A stretch of 64,000 nt of DNA, taken from positions 64,001-128,000 of the forward strand of contig CAWIEK010000053.1 of the NCBI GenBank assembly GCA_963835065.1, written 5' to 3'. How positions within the stretch are numbered: the stretch's first letter is position 1; the number at the start of each line of letters is the position of its first letter. A model generated the notes under the pieces. It saw only the letters and a program-made list of their open reading frames with translations, had not been told where the DNA came from and ran no database searches. This document shows, piece after piece, positions 31,753 through 42,138 of the stretch. The translations under genes were made by a program, and so were the position numbers. The DNA is from an uncultured Chthonomonadaceae bacterium (lineage in GTDB: Bacteria; Armatimonadota; Chthonomonadetes; Chthonomonadales; Chthonomonadaceae).

Positions 31753-32106
31753 ATGCGAAAGCGTCTGCGCAAAAAACTGCATCGAAGTGAGTTTCAGGAG
31801 TTCGGCTTTCTGATTGTATGGCAGTTCCATGCGCGGCAATCCGAGCCGCAACTGGATACGTTTATGGACGCGCTGATTGCGGTCATTGAAGAAAGAGGCT
31901 TGACGCTGGGCGGCGGAACGGATGCGGCGTCAGGTTCGGGGTTCGTGTGCCGCGCCAAACGCGGTTCCGCGCAGGAAGCAGACCGCGCCCATCTCGAAAG
32001 CTGGCTGCATGGCCGCCCGGAAGTAGCCTTTGTCCATGTGGACGAATTGGAAGATGCGTGGAACCCGGAACCGCGCCAGTATCAGCATATCGTGGACTTG
32101 CTTTGA
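31753..32106 (+). CDS. yggL: YggL/DUF469 family protein
   Basis: MRKRLRKKLH..EFQEFGF...GGG...L.DAW signature. Confidence 0.85.
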   Translation: MRKRLRKKLHRSEFQEFGFLIVWQFHARQSEPQLDTFMDALIAVIEERGLTLGGGTDAASGSGFVCRAKRGSAQEADRAHLESWLHGRPEVAFVHVDELEDAWNPEPRQYQHIVDLL

Positions 32107-32261
32107 AGCGACTCGGAACTCAACAAGCCCACGATTGTTATCGTGCCGCCTGCATCCGGCATATACCATCTAAATTCTTTGCCGAATATTAGGCATTCGG
32201 CCAATCGTCCTGCGGACGCGAATTATACCAAGTTGAAGAGTTTTGCTTATCAGGAGTTCTC

Positions 32262-32810
32262 ATGTCAACATCAGAAAAAGATAATGATGAAGAACTACAA
32301 GATGCTTGTTGGGCATGGGATGAGTCATGGGCTGACAGATGTGAATTCGTAAATAGGGAAACCAAAACCATTCTGCTCATTCCCGCGAACACACTTGGAG
32401 TGCATGCCTTCGGCGGCAGTGGCGGACTTGTGCATGACCGGGTGCGGCAGGAGATGTTCCATATCTACACCTCAACGGAAGTGCCAATCTATCTTGACGC
32501 CGTTGCCCGTGAATTGCTGGCGGAAGGCCGCGCCAATTTCGCCCGTTACGAACTCGACAGGGAGTTTCTCGTTGAACACGGCAACGACACCATTCTATTC
32601 TGCTGGCGCAGCGACCGCGTACTCAACACGATTGCCGCACAATTGCGCATTGCCGAGTATGACGTGGCTTTGGAAGACCACGCGGTGACGATACAAAACG
32701 TATCTCCTGAGCAGATTGCTGAGTGGGCAGGCGCCCTTGCCTTGCTCAAAATCGCCGAACGCAGCGGTCTCTGGCAGCAACGCTTTCCACAAGCACAAGC
32801 CGTTGTTTAA
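32262..32810 (+). pseudogene. Probable remnant of the C-terminal region of an Lhr-like DEAD/DEAH helicase
   Basis: FGGSGGLVHDRVRQEM...YLDAVARELLAEGR...FCWRSDRVLNTI resembles such C-termini; no helicase core is present. Confidence 0.5.
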
Positions 32811-32902
32811 CTCTCAACAGTTTGGGACAGTAAGAAGAATTTTGTCTTCTTTTCGTTTGGTTCGCGGGTTTCGCGGTTTCTAATGTATTCAGGAGGTGTT
32901 CG

Positions 32903-33704
32903 ATGCGATTTGGCGTGTGCGCCGGGCCGGAAAAGGCCGAGGTTCTGGCCGGGGTGGGCTACGATTTTATTGAATTGTCCGTTGCCGGCGATCTTATGGC
33001 GGCAGCGGAGGACGCGGATTGGCAGGCCGTCCGCGCCCGCCTGCTGGCGCTGCCCCTGCCGCCCGAAACGTTCAATTCGTTTGTGCGCGTGGGCAAAATC
33101 GCCGGCCCGGACGTGGATTTCTCCCTGCTGACGGCGGTATGTGCAGACGGCATTGGCGCGGGCGGCGGAAATCGGCGGCAAAATTATTGTGTTCGGCAGT
33201 GGCGGGGCGCGTAATGTGCCGGAAGGCTTCGACAGGGAACTGGCCGCGCGGCAAATTCGGGAATTTCTCGATTTGTGCGCTGATGTTTCCGAGCAGACCG
33301 GGGTTGTGGTTGCCATTGAACCCTTACGCCGCGCCGAATCCAACATCATCAATCTGGTGAGCGAAGGCGCGCATTTAGCGCGGCAGATCGCGCGTCCGGG
33401 TGTGCGCGATCTGGGCGATACCTACCACATGGAGCAGGAAGGCGAACCGTTGTCCGCGCTGGTGGAAGCGCGGGACGTTCTGGCGCACGTCCATGTGGCG
33501 GATACGGGGCGATTGGCTCCGGGAACGGGCATTTACGATTATGTGTCGCTGTTCGGCGCGCTGCGGGATGCCGGCTACGATGCCCGCGTGTCCATTGAGT
33601 GCGGTTTCGGCCCGGATTTTGCAGGCGAAGTCGCTTACGCGCTGACACACCTGCGCGCCGCGTATGATGCCGCCAACAACGGCGAAGTGGAAGACAGTGC
33701 ATAG
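32903..33704 (+). CDS. Sugar phosphate isomerase/epimerase (xylose-isomerase-like TIM barrel); frameshift near 33135
   Basis: GYDFIEL, VFGSGGAR, IEPLRRAE, DTYHM, HVHVAD.GRLAPG, SIEC. Confidence 0.88.
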
Positions 33705-33725
33705 ATTCTTATTGATATAGATTTT

Positions 33726-35332
33726 TTACGGCAGGATGGCCGCGCCCGTGCGCAGCAGCCCGAACTGAAACACTTTCCAGCCGCTCGGACGCTTCACGAG
33801 ATACAATCTGGCTCCCACTTTGTAGTCCTGGCCGTCCTCCTGCCGCGCATCAATCCACGCGAGAACGTTCAGGCCGGGCAGAGTACGGTCAACCTGCCAG
33901 CCGTCCACGCTGAACGGAACCCATCCAGCAGGCGGGGCGCGGCTTCAAACGCGAAGTCTGTTTTCAGCGTGAAGGATTGCCAGCGCGGCTGAGCGCGCAA
34001 GCGCTCCTGCCATGCCTTCTGCCACACGTCCTCACCCGTCAGACCGCTTCGCTTGTCCGGGCGCGTGATTTCCAGCAGCCGCTCCACGTCCACAACGCTT
34101 CGCAATTGCGCGGCATCATGGTGTCGCCACGCCTGAGAAAACGTCCACACGGCTTGCTCAACTTCAGCCTTTTCCGGCTGCGTCATGTCCAGCCAGACCG
34201 GTTTTACAATGCGTTCCGCCGGAAGGGAAGCAGTTTTGGCAGGCAGATTATAGGCCGCAACTACGGGCTTATTTCCAGGCAGGCGCGGGGGATTCACCCA
34301 GGCTGTCGGAAAAGAGGAAGCCGGATTTTGATAGGTGATCGTGCTGTGGCTTCCCCATGGAGAACCATAGCGCGCCCCATGTTCTGCCGCGCTGCTCTGC
34401 AATTTGCCGTTGCGGTCAAACCAGAGTGTAAGCGATTCAGGAGAGTAGTAGTCTGTGAGCTTCCCCGCTCCGGGGGGAAGCTCCCGCTTGAGTTTGCTGA
34501 ACTGCATCCTCAGTATGGTTTCTCCGGCGACCTGTTCTTCAGTATACGAGGCTTCGATTTGCCCCGCTTCCCCACCTTCCAAAACCTCCTTCAGAACACG
34601 GGAAGCCTCGTCCGCCAGCGCTTTGGCCTCATTATTCTCCGGTTGCGCCGGGTCGCAAGGCGTCCAGGTCATCCGCACCCATTTGTTATTATCGCCCAGT
34701 GGTTCCCACTGAAACCACACTCCACCCGGCGTACTGCAAGCGTATGCGGGCACATAATAAGTAGATGGCGTGGCGGCAGACGGTGCGCTCGGGACGGGAA
34801 CCTGGCGTGAAGTTTGCGTGAACGCATAGCCATTTTGCCACCAGGTGTTGGAATAACTCAGGCGTTCCCGATGTGAAGTATCGCTTGCATCCGAGATGGT
34901 GTGTACGATGGAAGGCGCTTCGTTGGGTTGCTCCAGATTGTTGATGGCGGAATACAGCAGCCGTTCCGTCGCGTTATAGGGAAAGAATTTAAGCCAGGCT
35001 GTCCGTCCGGCAATGACAAGCCCCGCCGCGCCCACAGCCAAGCGGGGCAGCAGCCACGCCCACGATACGCGCCCGTTGCTTCGGCCCAAAAACGATCTCC
35101 GCGCCGGGGCTGTGACAAGCCGCTGCTGAAACGCGGCGTACAGGTCGGGCAGGGGAAGTTGGGGCGCGGCAGCGTCGGCTTGCAGCAAGCCCGTGACGCG
35201 CTGCAAGTCCCTGTATTCGGCGTTACAGGCGGGGCAGGCTTTGAGATGCGCCTGTACCTGCGCGTTCGCGGTTGGGGAAAGTTCCCCCTCCGAGTGAAGC
35301 GGAAGCAAGTTGGCGATAGTTTTGCAGTTCAT
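33726..35332 (-). CDS. Membrane-anchored zinc-binding anti-sigma factor (zf-HC2); frameshift near 33910
   Basis: MNC...HLKACPAC, a TM segment and a large extracytoplasmic domain; start overlaps the sigma factor stop. Confidence 0.85.
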
Positions 35333-35919
35333 GCGTCTTTTTCCTTTTCACTCCCCCACATCGGCTTGAGCAGGTTTTTCAAAGCGTTCTTGGCGCGGTG
35401 CGCGCGCATTTTGGCCTGTCCGACGTTGCAGCCCAACACTTCGGCGATTTCCTCGCTCGACAGTTGTTCGTAATACTTTAGAATCAGCGTCATGCGCGCG
35501 TCTGCGGGCAACTCCTGCAAGGCTTGCCGAATCAGTATGCTGTCGGCAGGAGGCAGGGCATCGGGCGCGGGCAACTCCTGCAAGGCTGCCGAAGAAGCGG
35601 AAAACTGCCTGCGCCGCGCCCTGCGCCTGGAACGTTCGCCGCATTTGCGAACCAGTATCCGGTACGCCCACGTTTGAAACGCCGCGCCCCGCCGAAAATG
35701 GCGCAGGCCGTGATAAATGTCCACAAACGTTTCCTGCGTGACATCCTCGGCTTCCTCCTCATCCCCCAGGAACCGCCGCGCCACGCTCAGAAAGCGCCCC
35801 TGATACTTGCGAAACAGGGTTTCAAACGCGCCCGCATCGCCCGCAAGAAATTGGAGAATCAAACTATGATCTTCGCTGTCCGGCGAAACATCGAGCGGCA
35901 GCGCCGCCTCATTGGGCAT
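35329..35919 (-). CDS. ECF RNA polymerase sigma factor
   Basis: GDAGAFETL...EAEDVTQETF...FQTWAYRI; region 4 LSSEEIAEVLG...RAHRAK; GAGG RBS before MPNE. Confidence 0.92.
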   Translation of the reverse strand: MPNEAALPLDVSPDSEDHSLILQFLAGDAGAFETLFRKYQGRFLSVARRFLGDEEEAEDVTQETFVDIYHGLRHFRRGAAFQTWAYRILVRKCGERSRRRARRRQFSASSAALQELPAPDALPPADSILIRQALQELPADARMTLILKYYEQLSSEEIAEVLGCNVGQAKMRAHRAKNALKNLLKPMWGSEKEKDA

Positions 35920-36109
35920 GCAGCACCTCTTGGGATTTTCGATTGATGATTTTCGATTGATGATTAACAATGCAACTTATGCATCTTCCATCTTCCATCT
36001 TCTGCCTTCTGTCTTCTGTCTTCTGTCTTCTTCCTACCATTAGTGTGCGCGAGAAGACAAAACGTAACCGGGCAGGAGAAAATCTTTTTCGCGTCGAAAT
36101 AGAGGCGCA

Positions 36110-36952
36110 ATGAAAGCATCGGCCAGGAACGCGGAAGACTCCGCTTTGAACGAACAACACACACAGGCACAGCAGGAGAGGCAGGCGCGGCAGGCGCATA
36201 CGAGCCGCATTGTGGCCCTGCTGGAAGCGGAATATGGCGTCCCGGAATGGCTGCCCCGGCTTGATCCGCTGGAAGAGTTGGTCGCCTGCATCCTGTCGCA
36301 GCACACGTCGGATGTCAACTCGTTTCGGGCGTTTGCGCGACTGCGGGACAGGTATCCCTCGTGGCGCGCGGTTGAAGAAGCGCCGGCCTCGGAACTCGCG
36401 GACACCATTCGCTGCGGCGGGCTGGCGGACAGCAAAGCGCCCCGCATACAGGCCGTGCTGCGCGCCATAGAAGCCAAACACGGCACTTTGGAATTGACGT
36501 TTCTCAACACAATGCCGGATGCCGACGCCCGCGCTTATCTGATGTCGCTTCCCGGCGTCGGTCCCAAAACCGCCGCGATTGTGCTGTGTTTCGCTATGGA
36601 ACGGAATGTGCTGCCGGTAGACACCCATGTGTTTCGCGTCGCATGGCGCTTGGGACTGATTGACAAGAAAATCGGCGAAGCCAAAGCCCACGACGCGCTG
36701 CAAGCCCAAATCGCCCCGGATTTAACATATCGCTTCCACGTCGCTTTAATTCGGCATGGCCGCCAAACCTGCAAAGCGCTCGCGCCGCGCTGTGCCGCGT
36801 GTCCATTGACGGGGATGTGTGAGTATTATCAAAGGGGTCAGGATTCAGGGATCAGGGGTCAGGAACAAGGCGACAGCGTTTCTGCGCAAATGCCTGCCGG
36901 CAATATGCAGGATGGTAACAACAAAGACAGAGTGGCTGTTCCTGACCGCTGA
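36110..36952 (+). CDS. nth: Endonuclease III (HhH-GPD glycosylase)
   Basis: ILSQHT.D, LPGVGPKTA, PVDTHV.R, and the 4Fe-4S motif C-X6-C-X2-C-X5-C. Confidence 0.9.
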   Translation: MKASARNAEDSALNEQHTQAQQERQARQAHTSRIVALLEAEYGVPEWLPRLDPLEELVACILSQHTSDVNSFRAFARLRDRYPSWRAVEEAPASELADTIRCGGLADSKAPRIQAVLRAIEAKHGTLELTFLNTMPDADARAYLMSLPGVGPKTAAIVLCFAMERNVLPVDTHVFRVAWRLGLIDKKIGEAKAHDALQAQIAPDLTYRFHVALIRHGRQTCKALAPRCAACPLTGMCEYYQRGQDSGIRGQEQGDSVSAQMPAGNMQDGNNKDRVAVPDR

Positions 36953-36974
36953 ATCCTGACACTTCGGAGGTTTT

Positions 36975-38666
36975 ATGCTTCTGCACGACATTATAACCGA
37001 AGGCGCGCAAACGCGCCCGCAGGAAATCGCGCTGATTTTTCGGGATCAGCCGCAAACATTCGCGGAATTGGCCGCGATGGTAAGCCGATTCGGGGCAGGA
37101 TTGGCGGCGCTTGGGATTGCAGCGGGCGATAAAATCGGCCTGCTGCTGCCCAATTGCCCGCCGTTCGTGTGGGCGTACTATGCCGCCTCGCAAATCGGCG
37201 CAATTGTCGTACCCGTCAATCCCCTGCTGAAAGCGGCGGAACTGGAATACATCTGGCGGGACGCGGACGTAAAACTCGTGGTTACGGCAGGCCCCCTGCT
37301 GCCCATCGCGCAGGCCGCGCGCCTCAATTTGCCCAACTTCCGCCACATCGTCAGCATCACGCCCCGCGAAGAACTTGCCGACACATCCCTCGCCGCCCTC
37401 CCCGGCCTGACGTTCCTGACTGATGTGCTGACAGGCGGGGAAGAACAGGGAACAGGGAACAGGAGAGCAGGGAACAGAAGGAACATGCTGAACAGGGGAC
37501 AGTGGATCAGTGAATAGAACGAGCATCCGAAGACAGAAGTCAGCATTCAGCAGCTCATCAATCGTCAATCGGCAATCGACTATCAGCAATCGACTAATGA
37601 CTGCGCTGTCATCATCTACACTTCCGGCACTACCGGGCATCCGAAGGGCGCGATGCTGTCACACCGGAATTTGACGCGGAATGTGGAACAGATACAGGCG
37701 CGCTTGCAGTTTCTGCCCGAAGACCGGTTTGTTACCGTGCTGCCGCTGTTTCATGCGTTTGCCGCAACCGTGTGCATGAACACCTGCCTTGCGGCGGGCT
37801 GCGCGTCCCTGCTGCTGGAAAACTTTACCCCGGCGCGCGTTCTGGAAACTATCTCCAGGCATAAGGCGACCATTTTCCCCGCCGTGCCCGCCATATTCAA
37901 TGCCGTGCTGAATCTTCCCGTCGAACACGCTCCCGATACCTCCAGCCTGCGCGTTTTGGTGTCGGGCGGAGCGCCGTTGCCCGCGCCGACATTGGCGGCA
38001 TTGGAGCAGCGGTTCGGCGTACCCGTTCTGGAGGGGGATGGGCCGACGGAGTGCAGCCCGGTCACGTCCGTCAACCCACTGGATGGGCCGCGCAAAATCG
38101 GCAGCGTCGGCCCTGCCCTGCCGGACGTGGAAATCGCTATTTTCGACGCGCAGGACAAGCCTGTGGAAACGGAAGAGGTCGGTGAAATCGTCGTTCGTGG
38201 CGACAACGTGATGCTCGGCTACCTAAATCAGCCCGATGCCACCCGCGAAGCCATGACAAACGGTTGGTATCACACGGGCGATTTGGGTAAACTGGATGCG
38301 GACGGCTATGTGTTCATCGTGGATCGCAAAAAGGACATGATTATCACGGCGGGGCTGAACGTGTACCCGCGTGAAGTCGAAGACGTATTGCTTTCCCATC
38401 CCGGCGTAGCGGACGTGGCTGTCATCGGAACGCCGGACACCCTGCGCGGCGAGGATGTGCTGGCGGTTGTGGTCGCCCGCCCTGATGTTCCTGCCCCCTC
38501 CGAGCGCGACCTGATCCGCTATTGCCGAGAACGGCTGGCAAACTACAAAGTCCCGCGTCAAATTCTGTTCCGCGCAATGCTGCCGCGCGGCGCAACCGGC
38601 AAAGTGGTCAAGCGCCTGCTCAAAAAAGAACTGGAACTCGAATCCAACCCGCCAACGAGCGAGTAA
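36975..38666 (+). CDS. Long-chain fatty-acid--CoA ligase interrupted by one in-frame TAG (37515-37517) inside a repeat-derived linker
   Basis: ORFs 36975-37517 and 37653-38666 are in the same frame; reading through gives AVIIYTSGTTGHPKGAML, GWYHTGD, DRKKD, YPREVE, GKV. Confidence 0.88.
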
Positions 38667-38757
38667 CCTGCTATAGCGCTTCTTTATCTAAATGCTCTTT
38701 ACTTGATGCTCTTTACTTGGTCGCTGCTCTTCTCCCTGTTGTGAAAGGACGGTTCTC

Positions 38758-39916
38758 ATGCTCAACGATCCCGCCTACTTTTTGAATGAAGGCATGCGTC
38801 TGCTGCAAGCCGGCGATTTTACAAACGCGCTTGCCGCGCTGCAATCCGCCGTTCAGCAAAACCCGCAGGATGGCCGCGCCTATGGCTATCTTGGCATCGC
38901 TTATGCCCGCCTGGGCGATCTGAGCGCAAGCGTGTACGCGCTGCAGGAAGCCGCGCGCTTGCAGCCGCAGGATTCCAACGCGCAATACAATCTGGCTGTC
39001 GGGCTGATGCAGGCGCAGCGAACCGGGGAAGCCCGAACCGCGCTGGAACAGGCGCTGCGCTTGAATCCGGGCAATCAGCGCGCGCAGGCCGCGCTGCAAA
39101 GCCTGGCGACTGCGCCTGCCCCGCCTGCGTCCTATGCGCCGCTTGCCGCGCCTGTCCCACAGCAAACCCTGTATGCGCCGCAAATGCCTGCGCCGCAAAT
39201 GCCTGCGACATCCGCTCCTTATGGCTACGCGCCCAACATGCCTCCCACCGGATACGCGCCGAATACGCCGCCCGGCGGTTATGCGTCCAATGCGCCACCC
39301 GCGCCCATGCCGCTGAAATCAGCCTGCCATGATGCCGCTTAATGGCGGCGCGATGCCCCCGCCCGCTCCGAACTACGCCAATTACACGGTTCCCACTATG
39401 CAGACCCTGCCGTATGCCGCCCAACCCCCATCGGGCTACGCGCCAGGTTATGCGCCCGGCTACGGACCGGGCGTTCCTCCCGGTCCCGGCGCGGGCGGGA
39501 TGCAGTACGCTCCGAAACCGTTCCGGCAGACCGGGCTGCCACCCGCCGCCGGAACGCGCGTTCTGCGCGGATTGGGATGGGGCGCGCTGTTCGGGCAATG
39601 GTGGACGCTGTGGGTGGTCTTTTGGGATTTGATCGCGCACAGCAGCGGCGAACGCGACACCGGCCTGATGATTTTCGTTGCCCTTGTGTTAGGTGTCTTC
39701 TTCGCGGTGGTCGGCAGCGTCATGGGCCTGATTATCGGCATGATAGACGCGATGGAGGATGTGGGAGCCATTGTCGGCGTCGTGTTCGGCGTCCTGATGC
39801 TGGCGCTTGAGTATTCCATCACGCGCAACAGCATGATCTTTGTCAACATCCTCTTCTGGGGCTTTACGGGCCGCTTCATCGGCAGAAACATCGCCCTGCG
39901 CGTCCAGCAGTTTTAG
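38758..39916 (+). CDS. TPR protein with Pro/Tyr/Ala-rich linker and C-terminal multi-TM domain; frameshift near 39320
   Basis: Three TPR-like repeats; the low-complexity linker continues across the frame change; four hydrophobic segments. Confidence 0.75.
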
Positions 39917-40169
39917 GAGAGTTCACCACCCGATACGCTAGAGAAAAGAAGAAGAGAAGAGATTAAGAACCGCGAAACACACGAAACACACGAAAAAGGA
40001 CAAAAGGAGAAAAAGTATTGAATACAACCCTGCGAAATGGCTGCTCTTCTTTGCCCTCTTTGCTCCTTTGCGGTTCTTTTTGGTTTTCCTTTTCCGTTTA
40101 TTTCGTATGTTTCGCGGTTTCTATCTCCTCTTCTTCTCGTATTGGTTTTTCCTCTGTGTCTCTGTGTCT

Positions 40170-40799
40170 CTAGCGCAGCGGGTGGTTCACTTTTAGGCGG
40201 CGGGCGAACATGCCTGCGCTGCACAGGCCAAGCGCGGTCAGGAAGGCGATGTTGCCGGGTTCGGGCACGGCGGCGGACGTGAAGAAACGATAGGTGGCGG
40301 TGTAGGGCACGTCACTGGTTTGTCCCAAAGCAGTCGGAGGCGCAGCGGGCGCGATTCCGCCTACGGTGTTCAGCCGCTGAATGTAGGTTACATCGCTGAA
40401 GATACCCGTGCCGCTATGAGAAGCGGCGCTCAACAGCAATTGGGGAATGGAGTTGGGATTGGGGGAGGTTTGGCTTGCAATGCGCAATCCCACGACAGAA
40501 CTGCCATCCGCGTCGGACATCCACGTTGGCCCGGCAAAGTGCGTACCGACCTGCGTGGTTTCCGTCGCATCGGTGAACAGGCGCGCATCGGGCGCGATAA
40601 AATTCCATACGAACGCGCCGGCATTGCTCGGGTCGGAGGCGCTCTGGTAATCCTGAAAGCCGTCTCCGAAAACGGATAGGGACAGGAGGTTGCCCGGCGG
40701 CGGCGCAATCTGCGCGCGGGCTTGTCCTGCCGGTATCAGGAGGACGCTCCCCATCGCGGCGAGTATGAGGGGGGTGAGATTTTCCGAGTTCAGTTTCAT
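40170..40799 (-). CDS. DUF3455-like secreted protein with PEP-CTERM sorting signal
   Basis: G.Q.Y...W.FIAPDA.L...GTHFAGPTW...IPQLLL...VTYIQRLNTVGG.AP...VPYTATY.F, then VPEPG, a TM helix and RR. Confidence 0.85.
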   Translation of the reverse strand: MKLNSENLTPLILAAMGSVLLIPAGQARAQIAPPPGNLLSLSVFGDGFQDYQSASDPSNAGAFVWNFIAPDARLFTDATETTQVGTHFAGPTWMSDADGSSVVGLRIASQTSPNPNSIPQLLLSAASHSGTGIFSDVTYIQRLNTVGGIAPAAPPTALGQTSDVPYTATYRFFTSAAVPEPGNIAFLTALGLCSAGMFARRLKVNHPLR

Positions 40800-40994
40800 G
40801 TTTCATGCCCTTTCCAGGAATTCTGTCTTGATTGGTCAAAACAGGGCAGCCGCGCTGTGTACGTTTGTTGAGGTTCTGACGGATTCGCGCGGCGCGCTGT
40901 TCTAAGAATATACCAGTACCTTAACAGTATAGTGACATTATCGTGATATTTCAGGGCGAAATCATGATAACTCTGTTCCCGACGATCAAAACCT

Positions 40995-42021
40995 TCACGC
41001 CAATTCCGGTTGTGAAGCAAACGAGTTTAGATGCTGCCGCATTTGCTTCCATATAGTGAGAATACGCTCGTCTTCCCTGATGTCGTCGCTGTTTTGCAGT
41101 TTGTTGTGGGTGATCAGCCAGTCATAAATTTCTTTTGCGCCCTCCGCGATGGGGATGGTATAGCGGAAGCCTAAATCCGTTTTGGCCGCTGTGGGATCGA
41201 AGCAATTGTTGTACGCGAAGTTGATGGCGGAGATATAAGCGCGTTTGTCCAGTTGGTACAAAATGTCCGTTGGTATGGCGACAAACTGCGGGGGCGGAGC
41301 GCCAATGCCTTCCGCAACGCGCGCATGGTACTGCTTCCACGTAACGCACTCGTCGCCGGGCAAATGGTAGCTTTTGCCGAACGTGGCCGGGTTGCCAAGC
41401 GCGTTGACAAAGGCGGGTGCGGCGTCGTCCCGATGCACGGAAGACCACAAACTGCTGCCGTCGCCATGCACGATAATCGGCTTGCCCTTTTTCAACCGAT
41501 CCAGATGGTAATTCGCACCCCCGAAACTATGCACTATCGCGCCCTGCTCGCTGTAGGTATGCACAGGACGAATCACGGTAAACGGCTGTTGTTCCCGCGC
41601 CTGCCACTCCCACAACAAGTTTTCGCAGGCCGCTTTCTTTTGCGCGTACTCCCATGCCGTCGGGCGAAACGGCTCCGACTCCTTTACGGGATAAGTGGAC
41701 GCGGGGCGGGCATACACATCCACCGTACTGCAAAACACAAGATGCCCGCATTTGCCGCCGAACGCGCGCAGCAAACTGCTGCACGTCTTCGGGCGCGTAG
41801 CCGATCATATCCACAACGCCGTCGAAGCGGGGCAGTTCGGCCATTTGCGCCTCGAACGCGGCATGGTCGTAGCGGTTGCCCGTCACCGTCGTCACTCGCC
41901 CCGCGAACTCCTGCGAGCGCTGCCCGCGATTATAGTGCGTCACCCTGTCGCCGCGTTCCAGCAGCAAGCGGGTAATCCCCGCGCTAATCAGTCCCGTTCC
42001 CCCGATAATCAGAACGTTCAC
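40995..42021 (-). CDS. NAD-dependent epimerase/dehydratase; frameshift near 41770
   Basis: IIGGTGLIS, FCSTVDVY, YAQKK, IIVHGDG. Confidence 0.88.
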
Positions 42022-42138
42022 GACAACTCCTTTCAGGATAACCCTCTTGCCAATAGCGCGTATATCTAATGCCTGATGCCTAATGCCTAATGCCTATATG
42101 CCTTCCACATCTCACGCCGCGTCTGTAGTATACTGTGT

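Noticed and set aside
37515..37517. Genome-wide TAG reassignment or pyrrolysine
   Set aside because: TAG is the normal stop of several genes here (liuB, the SGNH esterase, the PLD gene), and no pyl genes are visible.
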